A DNA stretch of 55,624 bases from Paraglomus brasilianum (Eukaryota): contig CAJVPI010000093.1 in NCBI GenBank assembly GCA_910592345.1, positions 1-55,624 on the forward strand, written 5' to 3'. The translations under genes and the position numbers were made by a program. Within the stretch, counting starts at the first letter, position 1. Each line of letters starts with the position of its first letter. The notes under the pieces were generated by a model. That model was not told the DNA's origin, did not search any database, and saw nothing but the letters and a program-made list of their open reading frames with translations. Positions 12,291-24,209 of the stretch are shown piece after piece.

Positions 12291-13223
12291 TTAGAGTATT
12301 GACCTGAAGAGTAATTTGTTGTTCAACGTCTCCTCTTTGCTTTCTTTTATTAGATTGGAGATACTTTTGAACTTTTCGTTACTGGCGTCTTCCAATATTT
12401 GGAATATGACTGACTCTGATGTTGTAATATGTGCTCCAGCATGTCTCATCCTCTGTGAATAATTGTAAAAAAAAAAAAAGTTCGGAACAAACGAAAAAAA
12501 AGAAAGCAATTTGACACAAGGAGAAACTGTCGAGTAAAACTTACACTAATTGCAACATCAATTTCAGGATAGTTCATCGAACTTATCCCATCGTTCAATA
12601 CATAAACGTTATAGTCGCTATCCAGGAGGTCAATAGCGGTTTGCAACACACACACGTGAGACTGGATGCACAACCAGCATGCAGTATTAGTAATCCGTCC
12701 GTTCACAAACATATACGTCTTAAAGGAAGAAACAATTTACCTCGATTCCAAACAATACAACAGATTTGACTGAAGAAGTTTCCAACCATTTCTTAATCTC
12801 GGGGACGAACATGGAGAATTTACTCTTACTAATGTTTAATTTCGCACTAGCGACATCAAGTTCACTGACAGTGTGACCGAGAGCCTTTGGATTCTATCAA
12901 ACGTATCAACGCCATATCGATCGGTGGGAATGTGACTATTTACATGTTCTAAGATTCACAAGCATTACCTGCTCAGTAACAATGATCGGAATTTCCATAA
13001 TTTTTGCCGCTTTAATCTGAAACATACTGAACTGATTCAATATCCAAAATAAAACTCGCTACAAATGATTCGTGTGTGCGCATAATACCATTTTTGTGGC
13101 AGTTGAGATAAGACTGGGAAATTGATAGATATGTTGACGGAACTTTTCTTGAATATCACAAAGGAAGAATGCCGTCGAGGATTGGTCAGGTTTTACTGCT
13201 CTACGAAGAACGGACGCTGCCAT
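12291..13223 (-). CDS. Isochorismatase-family hydrolase (ISOC1/ISOC2-like)
   Basis: [67 protein letters not shown]; 4 introns; C-terminus LLFRSIL*. Confidence 0.9.
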
Positions 13224-13777
13224 TGTCGAGAAAAAAGATAAAATGTTGGGTGGGAGTGGTGCATGAATAATATAGTCACGTGAATGTCGTATAGATTTTC
13301 CCAACGTTTGCCAAAATTGGGATTTATATAGTTTACACACCATAATCACTGTCTCATTTTAATTTCGGGAAATCCAATACATTTATAGTAAATTTTATGT
13401 TATTTGTCAAACTATACAAGTCGAAAATGGCAAGAACATATTATTTATGAAAAGACATTCTATTCACACTTCTCTAATGCCTATCGTACAAGTAAAAGAA
13501 AAAAAAGTTGTTTGGTTTTTTTTCCACTAATTGGCAGAATTAAATAAAAATAGTAATGTAATAATAAAATTAAATTCTACCAGAGGAGTGTGCTTAAATT
13601 AATAACTGAGGAAAAAAAAAGCAATACATCTTTTGTAAATAAACTGTAATGAGCAAAACATACAAATACATTATATATATAGTATGCGATTTATTTTATT
13701 GTCATTGCTATTCACTTTCTTTCTCCGCTTCCGCTCTTTCTTTCTTTCTCATCCTAAACTCGATACTTCAAGTCCAT

Positions 13778-15665
13778 TTAAGGTATCCCACCACCGGCGC
13801 CACGTCTACCGCCCTGCTGAGTATAATTATTGTACCTTGGTGCCCGGTCTCCTTGTTGATACCGCGATGGCACAATTTGATTTACACGTCCCCCTCCCCG
13901 AGAACTGTTCGATCCTACTGAAGGTGTAGGTGACCCAGAACGAGGACCTGGTGGAGGGCGGTAATTAAAATCGTCGTATCCGACAGGTGCTTGTGCATTA
14001 TTGTACATGTTTGGTGCTCTAATTGGTGCAGGAGCAGCAACGTAAGGCTGGTTGGGTCTTCCAAGCATAGCTACGTTGGGGTTAGCATCATTTCTTGGTA
14101 TTTCCGGCACTCCATCACCATATTCTGAATAGTCATCTATTGTACCGCCATAGGGATCACTGTCATAGTCGGTTTGCTGTGGTTGAATACGTTGCTGCTC
14201 TCGTGGGTTGGATATGGCAGCTTGTGCAGCAGCCAGATTTCCATAGCTTCTCTTAGGTTGTGGGCCTGGTATTCGGTCACCGGCACGGGCTCCTGGGAGC
14301 ATTGGATACATTCCTCCCGCCTGTGATTGAGCATATCCTGATGTTGATGAAATTGCCGTATATGAAGTTGCCTCGGAATACATCGATTCACCACTGTTTC
14401 GTCTGCCTGGGAACTGTTGCCGCTGTCCAGCAGCATGTGGACGTGGACCTATTCTTGGTCGTCCTGCAACGCTATATGGATCTGGTGATTTTGTCCTGTG
14501 ATCATCGAACATTGGCGCTTGCGACGGTGGATAAGGCGGTGGAGGAGCTCCGTACGGTGGGAGTTGATTAGATTCGAACAAAGAAACTGTTGGAAGGGTT
14601 GGCTGACGGAAGGCACTTGGATCTTGTTTGACTTTTGCAGGGTTTTTGATGCCACCAACTTTGTCTGCTATCGCTTCTTCTTTCAGTTTCTGAATGCGCT
14701 TCCTAGATTTCGTACGGAGGAGTTCAGCGATTCTGAGGGTTTGAAAGAAAAGATTCAGATTAACAAATGTGTTATATAATAATGCTAGACATAAAATTAT
14801 TATGAGACTTTATGTTTACCTTTTATCAATCATGTGACAACAGTACTCTTTCAAGTTTCCTCTTATATGACATAACAGGGGTATGTAAAGAAGAAAGGCG
14901 ATGGCAAGTCTAGTGGCTTCGGCGACAAATATCAGCAAAGGGAAAGCCATTAAAACCATAGCAGCTCTTTGCACAAGGTTGTCGCCATAAGCGCTGTAAT
15001 TCAAAGAGAATTTCTTCGATTGCAAAATAGAGTAGAGGGTAAATGCATTGATTGCTTGTCGCGGTGCTTCAGCAAAGAGCAGTCGTTTCCATCCTAATAA
15101 TTTTGTTGTATACAATAGTTGTTAGGTCATCATAATTAACCATTTAAAGATTAAGGTATTCACATGAATGTTTACTGGCCGACAGAAACTTACCCTTGAA
15201 TGCGAAAAATACAAAGAATGCAATTTCGTCTTTTAACTTTTTGGAATTATTAATTTGACAGAAGAAGCAATAATGTGCATAGCTACGTAATGTGTAATAT
15301 CTATAAGCTATTGTGCTAGTGAAAGCGTATGATATGTCTTTCGACATAATGATATTGCGTGCTTTTTTCATGTCCCAGGCCAATAGTGCGAAACTCATAA
15401 ATATACAAGCCAAGAAAATCCACTTTGAAATGTAAATTGGTACTTTTGGTTTTACAGCCGAACTCCAATCGTTAAAGATGAGTAAAATGCCTGCTGTCCA
15501 TAGGTCGGCTATGTAAACGAGGACGGACTTTAGCACGACCATAAATACGAAGGAGTATTTTATCCTTCTAATAAAGCTTCTTTCTTTGAATTCATTTACG
15601 TCCACAAAGTCAAACTTGTGGTCTTGAACCTTTTCTCTTTTCCACTTTGCAGCAGAAAAACACAT
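13778..15665 (-). CDS. Fungal Kch1/Kch2(Prm6)-type low-affinity potassium transporter with a long Pro/Gly/Tyr-rich tail
   Basis: WKREKVQDHKFDFVDV, KSVLVYIADLWTA, SYAHYCFF, AFFVFFAFKGWKRLLFAEAPRQAINAFTL, LYIPLLCHIRGNLKEYCC. Three exons join ORFs 15144-15665, 14816-15115 and 13778-14581 in frame. Confidence 0.85.
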
Positions 15666-17024
15666 TGTCCTTTAGTATGGGGTTATGCCAGAATGTCAGT
15701 ATGAGGAGAGGGTTCACAGTAAGGAATGTCAATATCCGGGAATAGTGGAGAAATAGTGAAGACGGGAGTAGTGGAGAAGAAGGAAAGTATTAATGATATA
15801 GTAATAGTAGTTTTTTGAAAGGCAGGAAGGATGGAGTTATTATTTAGTATCGTTGTCGTTGAGACAAGAATTCGTAGAAGATAATGAGTGCAAGAGGGCT
15901 ATAAGTGTATGAGGCACGGCCAAACCACCACCAAGGTCCAAATGCAGACACAATCCAGTTTATTGCGAATTTTTTTTAGAAACAACTACTATTACTATTA
16001 CAAGGTTAGGGGGTACGGAGGGGAAGGAGTTCGAAAGTTGTAATGTTGTTATGGACGGCAGATGGTAAATAAGGCTATGTTGTTCATTGTGTAATAGTGG
16101 GCAATGAAAATGGTAGATAACGCTCTTTTTAGCTGCCGATGACGCCCTTATTTGGAGAGGTCAAAAATGTTGTATACCCGAATGGAGTTTATCGAGTGGG
16201 TGATTTTGATGAACCGAATATTTATTTGTTCATCTGATTTTAATTTATTTATAGACGATTTGTGTCCTCAAAAAGCAATTAATATTTACTAATAATATAA
16301 ATTTGTGCAGCGTACGTCCCTTCTGATTTGATAATGTCAACGCAGGAAAATTACTGCAAAGTATGTCTTTACTATTAGTTATATCCTAATTTGCTCATTC
16401 TCTATTGCTCTATGCCCACCATCCAACTGTCTCACGTCTTGCACTAGTTTTTTAACATGAAGAACAAAAGAAAAAGCGTTCTTTAGGATCACGTGAGATA
16501 GTGATACTATTTTAAAACTTGTATCATCTAATTGCGAAACCTGTGAAACTCGTGTGTCAATATTACAAATCTGAACAATAGTTGTACATGCATGCGACCA
16601 TCTTCAAATGTCCCGTGTTGATGAGGCGGAACTTCCAATCATTAATGCTAGCGTTGTATATATGCTTACTCACACATCACAGATAATAGTTTACAATTGA
16701 CAAGTTCTAACTTAAACACCCACCCACACACACACCCCCACAATCGTGATGAGAACGGCTATCTGAAATGATGCAAGGTGGGGCGGGGCCTTAACCAGAC
16801 AATCATAGAGTTGTGTAATAACTGGGGTCCAAAGAACTGTGTAATATAAGCAACAGTGAGCACTGCCTCAATCTTAGAATCGCATGTTAAGCAAAAATTT
16901 TATTCATCAACAACATCAGATGTGGCTTTAAATTGAGATTAATATATTTTCACCTAGAATAAAATTTTTTTAGGTTAAAAAGACATATTAAGAGTAATAA
17001 GTAAAAATACTCGAAAAGGCTGTA

Positions 17025-18086
17025 CTAATGATTGTCAATGATGGACCTGTGGATTCGACGATCGATTAGTTCATTATCACTGCCAGATTGTTCCTGTTTG
17101 ATTTTGACTATGAGCAACTGACCGCCCTCGTGGCATATAACTTTCTCCAAGAAACTGTATACCTGGGAACAGAGTCAACAAGTATCGATGTGATCAGGAG
17201 ACTCGTTTATATCAACTCAATACAGTATCCAATCTAAATAATTTATCATTCGTACCGCCTCTTCATTATCAAACAGTTCGGGTCTTGTCAATCTAGAGTC
17301 TAGATTGTATATGGTATGTGTTTCTCCTCCACTTTGTTCCGCGAAAATAGGTTTAATAGCAATCCAATGGCGCAGTGGAAAACATAAGAATTCCGTTCGC
17401 ATGTTAAGTATCAAGCCAAAAAGCGTTCGATCGGTGAACTGGATATCTGTTCGAATGTCTTGATCAAAATGTTAGTGCGGGAAGATGGGTTATGGGTAAA
17501 CATGTAATAATGCCTACTAGTCGCAAAGGGAACTCTTAATTATTACCCTTTCTGGCATCAAACCATCGCGTCTCTAATCCTTGTCCACTCAGTGCCTCTA
17601 TTATCACATTAACATCATAATTACCGATACTACAAGAGGAATATCATTAATCCACTGAATGTCTCTTCAGATTTTCACGTTCAGGTGCTCATACATTATG
17701 TTTTTGTGAGGATTTATGTAATAAGATAACCATGATTTAGCCTCGACATCTGTTTTTAGGTTGAGAGATTCTGCTATCTTGTCCATATCAGCTTTAGTAT
17801 AGACTTCCGCCTGAAGCTAAATCGATAAATAAATATCTCAATGATGTTACCACGTTTGATATAACCGCACGAACCAAATATATAGTCACATACCAAGCTG
17901 TTGACGGCATGCTAAGTGTCGGCATTCATAAAACAGTACTCGTCAGTCTTGTCACTTTTGTCCTGGTCAAAACAGAGAGAAAAGCTGGTTTTCTCTTCCT
18001 CCCCCCCCTCATTATCGATCTCAAACCTGTCCACATAGCCATAACCTTTGTCTTTCGTGATAAATTTCTGGAGAGTAATGGGCCAT
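17025..18086 (-). CDS. Josephin-domain (MJD family) deubiquitinase, JOSD1/2-like, 6 exons
   Basis: Spliced: MAHYSPEIYHERQRLWLCGQ|HAVNSL|LQAEVYTKADMDKIAESL...NPHKNI|IGNYDVNVIIEAL...WFDARK|DIR...GLILN...RHWIAIK...YNLDSRLTRPE|VYSFL...LLIVK...DNH*. Catalytic Cys, His and Asp motifs are present and all junctions are GT-AG. Confidence 0.9.
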
Positions 18087-18949
18087 TAATAAATAAAAAG
18101 CCAGCCAAGGATTATTCGTTCCAGCGTTCAAAATTTTGTGTAACTCGCTATAATGTGACAATCTTACCCTTTATGGCCCTACCCCGTGTCTCTCGCGTGC
18201 ACGTCCATGTCTTTACCAAAAACGTACCTCTTCGCCGAAACTACTCACAATGCAACTTATCTTTTTTGTTGATGAGAGTAACCGGACTTCCTATAACCGA
18301 TATCAAATATAAAAAAATACATACAGCACGTTAACCGACAGAAAGCGGAAATACAAAAAAAAAAAAAAAACAACAACAAAAAAAAAAAAAAAAACACTAA
18401 CACATTTCTACTACTACGCCCACATATGCATGACCATCCTTCTCCCATTAAGATCTGGCCAAGACAAGCCTTTATAGTTATGCCCAATATTGAGAACTTT
18501 TCCAATGAAAATGGCTCGACCTTAATTCTTCGGCGTCTCCGTTTAAAAAACGAGATGTTGAGGCGTTTAGAGTAAGTCTTCATCTGAGGATTTTGTTCAC
18601 CTTGTTGTTCAAGGAACGATGGATTGCCCACATATTGACCATAGCACACTAATGTTAACGACCTTGATAGCATGAGCAAAACTATGGATATTTCTGTCCA
18701 CATATTCATCACAAAATTTGGGGAATGAGGAATTGGAATTGGCAATGTAATAAGAGAGACTTGCAAACTACTTACAAACATGCTTTGGGTCAAATAGCTG
18801 GGAATGAGAGAATCTAAGATGGATGCTTGAGTAGATGATTTACTTTGCATCATTGGCCTAAATGAGGAAAAGAATGAGAAGTACAGAAATGTGAAGAGAG
18901 ATTGGAAAAATGGATGGCCCCTCATGATTGATCGAGTAAGTACTTAAGA

Positions 18950-19400
18950 AAAGTTTGGCTCATTCCAATATATTCATCAATGAGGTATATAAAAATGATC
19001 ATGAGCAACTGCAGTATAAGTACAGCAGTTGTTGTCCTGCTTTTCTCATTTATTATTATCTAACAGGTCCTTATGTTGGAATTGCTGGTGCTATGTATTC
19101 TGAACAAGCTTCATTTAACCCTTTTCCCCCCAGTAATATTTACTTTTCTTCCTTAATTATTATTATTATCCTGAGTTAATGTTGCTGGTAGCAAGAATAT
19201 TCTATGCTTTAAAAATTTGCCTTTTAGAATTGGAGACTTATTATGAAAATTTTAATCTTATTTTGAATGATAATATTTCCTGAAAATCTGCTTTTCAAGA
19301 GTTTGGTGAGTAATTTTTGTATGTGTAACATAAAACTGCAAATGTTAAAATACCCACACAACTAGCAATCAACCTTATGCTATAACACAAGATGTACTGC
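18950..19400 (+). pseudogene. Relic of a Crinkler-like / fungal kinase-associated gene
   Basis: Fragments SSCCPAFLIY..TGPYVGIAGAMY and PELMLLVARIFYALKICLLELETYY, broken by frameshifts and stops. They resemble the segment preceding the kinase domain in CRN-type fungal proteins (recognised from memory). Confidence 0.55.
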
Positions 19401-19766
19401 TGGCTCTGGACTACATATACACAGGAGCTTTAAATATCTTCATGTTTTCTATCCCAAGCATTTTTACAGATTCTTTTATAATTTTTGGAGATAAGCAAGA
19501 GAGAACTAAACTCTGAATAGTTCTGACTTTGAACAACTTTCGTCATTATTGCTACTTTGTTTACTAGAGTGACAGTTTTCGAGAAAAGAGGGAAGGAAGA
19601 TTTCATAAGTAGTACATATACACCCCCCAATTGTTCTTGATACACTTGCTGGGGTCATACTAATACCCCAAAATCAATTTTTCATGTGACCCCGTTGTTA
19701 TTCCGCAATATTACTGGTCTGAACAATTTGATTAATTCCCCAAATGGTTTACTAACGATGTCTGAG

Positions 19767-20277
19767 TGACACAAAATTTTAATAGTAAACCATAAAAAGT
19801 CTTTGTTTTTAAAAATCTCTCCTGCTCTTGTATACTATGTGAAGTGCAATAATTTTTGTATAGTTCTGAAGCTAATTGATTACGCTTTTCGAGAAAAATA
19901 ACAATAAAATTTTATAAGTTATCACTATTAAGCAGCAGTCTTTAAATCACGATATGAAAATATAATCTATGTGAGAGGCAATAATTTCACCGACAAATAT
20001 TCGGTGAAATGTACTGTCGGTGAAATGATGAAATAATACGGACCCAATATATGTATAGCACGTATTAGTATACTCACACTTCGTCGAGCTAATTAACTTA
20101 TAACAATAATTTATAAAATTTTATTGTTATTATTATTATTTTTCGAAAAGCATAATCAATTAGCTTCAGACCTATACAAAAATATTGCACTTCACATAGT
20201 ACACAGGAGCAGGAGAGATTTTTAAAAAGAAAGACTTCCTGTATGTTTATATGTTTTACTATTAAAATTTTGTGTCA
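19767..20277. mobile_element. Foldback/MITE-like structure: ~155-170-bp inverted arms around a ~190-bp spacer
   Basis: 19767-19918 (TGACACAAAATTTTAATAGTAAA...CTCTCCTGCTC...GAAGCTAATTGATTA...ATAAAATTTTATAA) aligns to the reverse complement of 20110-20277 with scattered substitutions and small indels. Confidence 0.8.
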
Positions 20278-20580
20278 TGTCATTTATTGGGGCTGTATAT
20301 GGGTAAAGCGAGAGGCAATGCGAAATCTGTTAGCAGGCCACTAAAGTTCCTTAATATGATTTGAAATACAACTTGATACTACCAAGAGCTTACGCAAATG
20401 CCAACTGCAGTAACATATAACAGTTATATTACCAGGTAAGCTTTTCATTGTAGTACCTTGCGAGAACAAGTTGCATTACTAGTCATGAAAAGTCATGAAG
20501 AAAGTGCTTCTGACTAACCTCTCCTTCATATTATTGAGAAATTGGGACGTAATATAGTGTATATAATATGTATGTTGTAT

Positions 20581-21060
20581 AACGATCTGCTTGATTCTTC
20601 GAAAACGCGAAATCAATATTCATCGCTAGCATCACTAACTCAGCAACCAAGAATCCTATGCTTATAAAATTTACATGCATGTTAATTATAACTGTTGTCG
20701 ATGTGTGTGCAAAAATTTGACTAAGTACGATTTTGAGTTTGCATATAACGATCTCTTGATTATTCGAAAACGCGAAATCAATCTTCATCGCTAGCAACCA
20801 TAAATCAGCAACCAAGAATCCTATGCTCATATAACTAATATGTTTGTTAACCATAAGGTGTATACCAAAAATTGACACAGAATATCAAGTACGGTTTAAA
20901 TTTCGATATTCCGATTGGCTTGATTCTTCCAAAGTCGCGAAATTGGTTTTAGTCATAATCCGGAATAGCACAACAACCAAGAATCCAATGCTTATATAAC
21001 TTATATGTTTGTTAACCATAACTGTTGTCGAGGTGTGTACCAAAAATTGACCCAGAATAT
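20581..21060. repeat. Three diverged ~165-bp tandem units
   Basis: Units start at about 20581, 20747 and 20911. Shared cores are CTTGATT.TTC.AAA..GCGAAAT and CAACCAAGAATCC.ATGCT.ATA. Confidence 0.85.
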
Positions 21061-21539
21061 GTTGTTAGATCTTAATGTTCATAAGGCTAATAACATCAAA
21101 AAATATATGTGTCATAATAGTCGATTCTTCGATTTACAGCGTACAATGACTACTTTACAAATACTCAGTGAGATACTCACCACTGTCGCTTATAGGTGAG
21201 GAATTCTGCGGCGATGAGAGCCCTCTCCGCTCGCAGTTCGAACTCGATGCTGCCTCCATTGGGATAAGAAACACATCGATAAGTCCCATCTTCCTAGATT
21301 CGATCTTAAAAAATAATTTATGTATCATTGTTCTCATTAAAGTTATCCGGCTAAAAATTATCAAGTCGCGCGTTGTCATAGGCCGACTACAGCGGAGGCA
21401 AAGTCCATAACCATGCGAAGACAAAGTTCCATGGGTAGCTGTAGCCAGCAGCGGAGGCAAAGTCCATATTAAAAAATGATATAAATTATATTTAGGAGTA
21501 CCTGTATATGAAAATTATAGTTATAACGGCTCCACCAAA

Positions 21540-22040
21540 TATGACGATACGTTTCCTGGAGATATGTTGAGTTGCAAGCTCAAAAAAGAAAAGTTGGCGA
21601 GTTACGTGAAGCATTTCAAGCTCTCTCTAGATCTGAGCAAGACATATTTTTGATGACTGCAATAAATAGTATAGAAATAACTGCCAGCCGACGCCTTAAA
21701 AAGAAAGCGCGTACTAGTAAGAGAACTTTCTATTACTGGGATAGCAATACATCTCCTTGCCAGAAACGCGTCTCAATATGTTGGGAATTGGTCGCACTCA
21801 CTTTGAAATCACCGCGTGTTCATGGTAATGTAAAAAAAGTGCCGCGATGAAAAAACCCAAATAGTCATTGACATGATCGTTGCTACCGCCGTGAAGAATT
21901 TTATGCTGAAATTCATGGACTGCCAAGACCTGGTAAAACGTCAACCGAATTACTCAATCGCTTATACTCTTGCTAGCCGAAACGAGTTACAAAGCGGTCT
22001 ATCACGATTTTATTGCAGGTTTTGAAAATATAATACGATG
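21540..22040 (+). mobile_element. Transposase relic, possibly Sola-like
   Basis: FQALSRSEQDIFLM, CQK..LNMLGIG, PRVHGN, IHGLPRPG, LAETSYKAVYHDF, with stops and frameshifts. The motif order matches a transposase-like family I recall from glomeromycete genomes; the superfamily assignment is inferred. Confidence 0.55.
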
Positions 22041-22189
22041 CGTTTCGCAAGTTATGAAACCAATCAACGCCTTATATTCAAATGATGAGTCCACGAACGG
22101 ATTTACAATGGGTAGACAAAAGTCCCCGGACAGTTTTATACTTAATAGTTGGGCATAAAATTGTTTAGGTCTGATGTACTAATATCAAA

Positions 22190-22527
22190 TATCATGTTGA
22201 TCAAAATTTAGTCGGTCATCTCTCAAAATATCGTTTTTTTTGTGTGTGTTTCTTTCACTGAATGAATATTATTTTGCCAAAAGTAAAGTAGTTTGTCACT
22301 GAGTTTCAAATTTAGATTATTAAGCTACAAAGACAAACTTTTAAATTACTTCCATATAGAAACTAAAACTGGCAAAAAAATTAGTAAATAAAATATGGCA
22401 AATTTGCTGATGCAATCACACTCAATAGAAAGTAAATAATTGGTTTGTTTCGTAGATAACCGCGTTTTTTTATTTACGAGTCAAAACAAGTTTATTTGCA
22501 AACTACCTTTTTTTTGTGCACACTGTA
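22190..22527 (+). mobile_element. Solo terminal fragment of a Tc1/mariner-type element
   Basis: Ends in TTTTTTGTGCACACTG|TA (22525-22527), a CAGTG terminus plus TA. No partner end was seen, and the left boundary is approximate. Confidence 0.45.
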
Positions 22528-24209
22528 TATTAGTGATATTAGTCTTACTCTTTATTATTATCGTAATACTATATGATCAGCGATTTATATTATTTACAGT
22601 AGTTCCGATATAGTAAAACAACGGCATGCATAGTAAACTGACAATTGGTTTCGATAGATCCTCCACATGTCGAAAGGAAACTCGCCGGATTGTCAAAGTA
22701 ATCTGACGTATCAAATAAAAAAAAGCCATTTATCAAATTTCATTTTGGCATAGTACCGGTATAAGTGGGCCAGTTACTTTCATTTCGGTATAAGCAGAGT
22801 TTCGGTATAGTTCAAGAATGAGAGTTTCGTGAATTCAAACATACAAGCGATATAAGTCACAGGGAAGCGCCTTTCAACTTTGCAGATTAAGCCACTTCTC
22901 ATAACATCGTATCAGACAACTAGCTTAAACCAAGTCGTCAAGCGGTCCTTTAAATTACAAAATTCTAGTTATTCAGCTGACTTTCATAATTAACTACATT
23001 AATTATAAATACAGGAAAGTATATTACTATTGGTAACGCGCGATTAAATATATATTACGGGGGTCGATCAGTTGAACCAATCAAAATAATCTATAGTAAA
23101 CTGTCGATTCACCATATCTGATGAACAGGTAATTTTTATTATGCAACTTCCCCTAGGGTACTCTTTGCAAATCAAATACCGTAATGTTTTTATGATGATC
23201 ACGTGCCACCAATTGTAGTATATTGATGAATTTTTTACCTAGAAGTCTTCACGTCTTTCCTGACGCCAAATGCGAAAGAAAGAGCGCGCCATTAGATGAG
23301 ACGGTTAAGATTTTGAATAAGTCCGATAAAGATGAGATTTTGAATAAGTCCGATAAAGAGAGTGCACTCGATAAAGATGTGCTGTTGAAGACGTGAGATG
23401 CTAAAGTGAGCACTTTACTTTAAATCGATCGGATTCGATTTTGTTCTGGCGAAGGATATCATCGATGTCAAGGAGGCACACGATATGCTTTGATAGACTG
23501 TTGCGTATGCACCATATGCTGATCTCATATGGTATTTACATTTAGATTGCTGTTTTGATTAATAATTCTACGTAGCAGATTGTTCATCTTTTAAAAGCCC
23601 TATGTACTCACAAGCGAAATTTGCTGAAGGTGATGAATCTATATATCACTGCCGTAAATTTTGCGTATACTACTTGAATACGCTAATATTAATATAGCCT
23701 ATCAATTTCGTTTGATTCCAGCAGATGTTTTGGTGAAATAATGCTAATGTACTACTTATCTTCTAGGTTAGTGAAGGTTAAGCATGGTTGACTTGAGAGT
23801 TACACGTTCTTAACTAACGTTATACGACAATCAGCTGGAATGAATGACCATGGCTTTAATTCAGATGAACATGGCATCGTTACTAGATCCGATACTGAAT
23901 TATATGATAATCAAGCTCATCGATTTCCATATTCCGTATTCTTGTTACTGACACACAATGTTTATGTATTGTTTACATAACGTCTATAGCAAGGAGAGTA
24001 TTTTGTAAAACAAAATTTATTATTAGCGTCGATTGAAGAATTATGAATAATAAAGCGTGACGTTATGAATTTTGATGTAGGAATAGGCTATTATGAAAAT
24101 GAGAAAGTGAAGCGATTGATAACTGTTGGGAAGTAAAATTAATATGTGTGAATACGAGTAATCGCTCAATTGTTAAACTATTTATTCTTTTCTCAGATGC
24201 CATCGAAAT

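Noticed and set aside
18257..18925. 222-aa minus-strand ORF and overlapping ORF 17909-18334
   Set aside because: The first runs through a poly-T tract in relic DNA, and the second is antisense to Josephin exon 1. Neither has recognisable motifs.
23309..23359. 24-bp local direct repeat GATTTTGAATAAGTCCGATAAAGA
   Set aside because: A simple two-copy slippage duplication with no associated structure.
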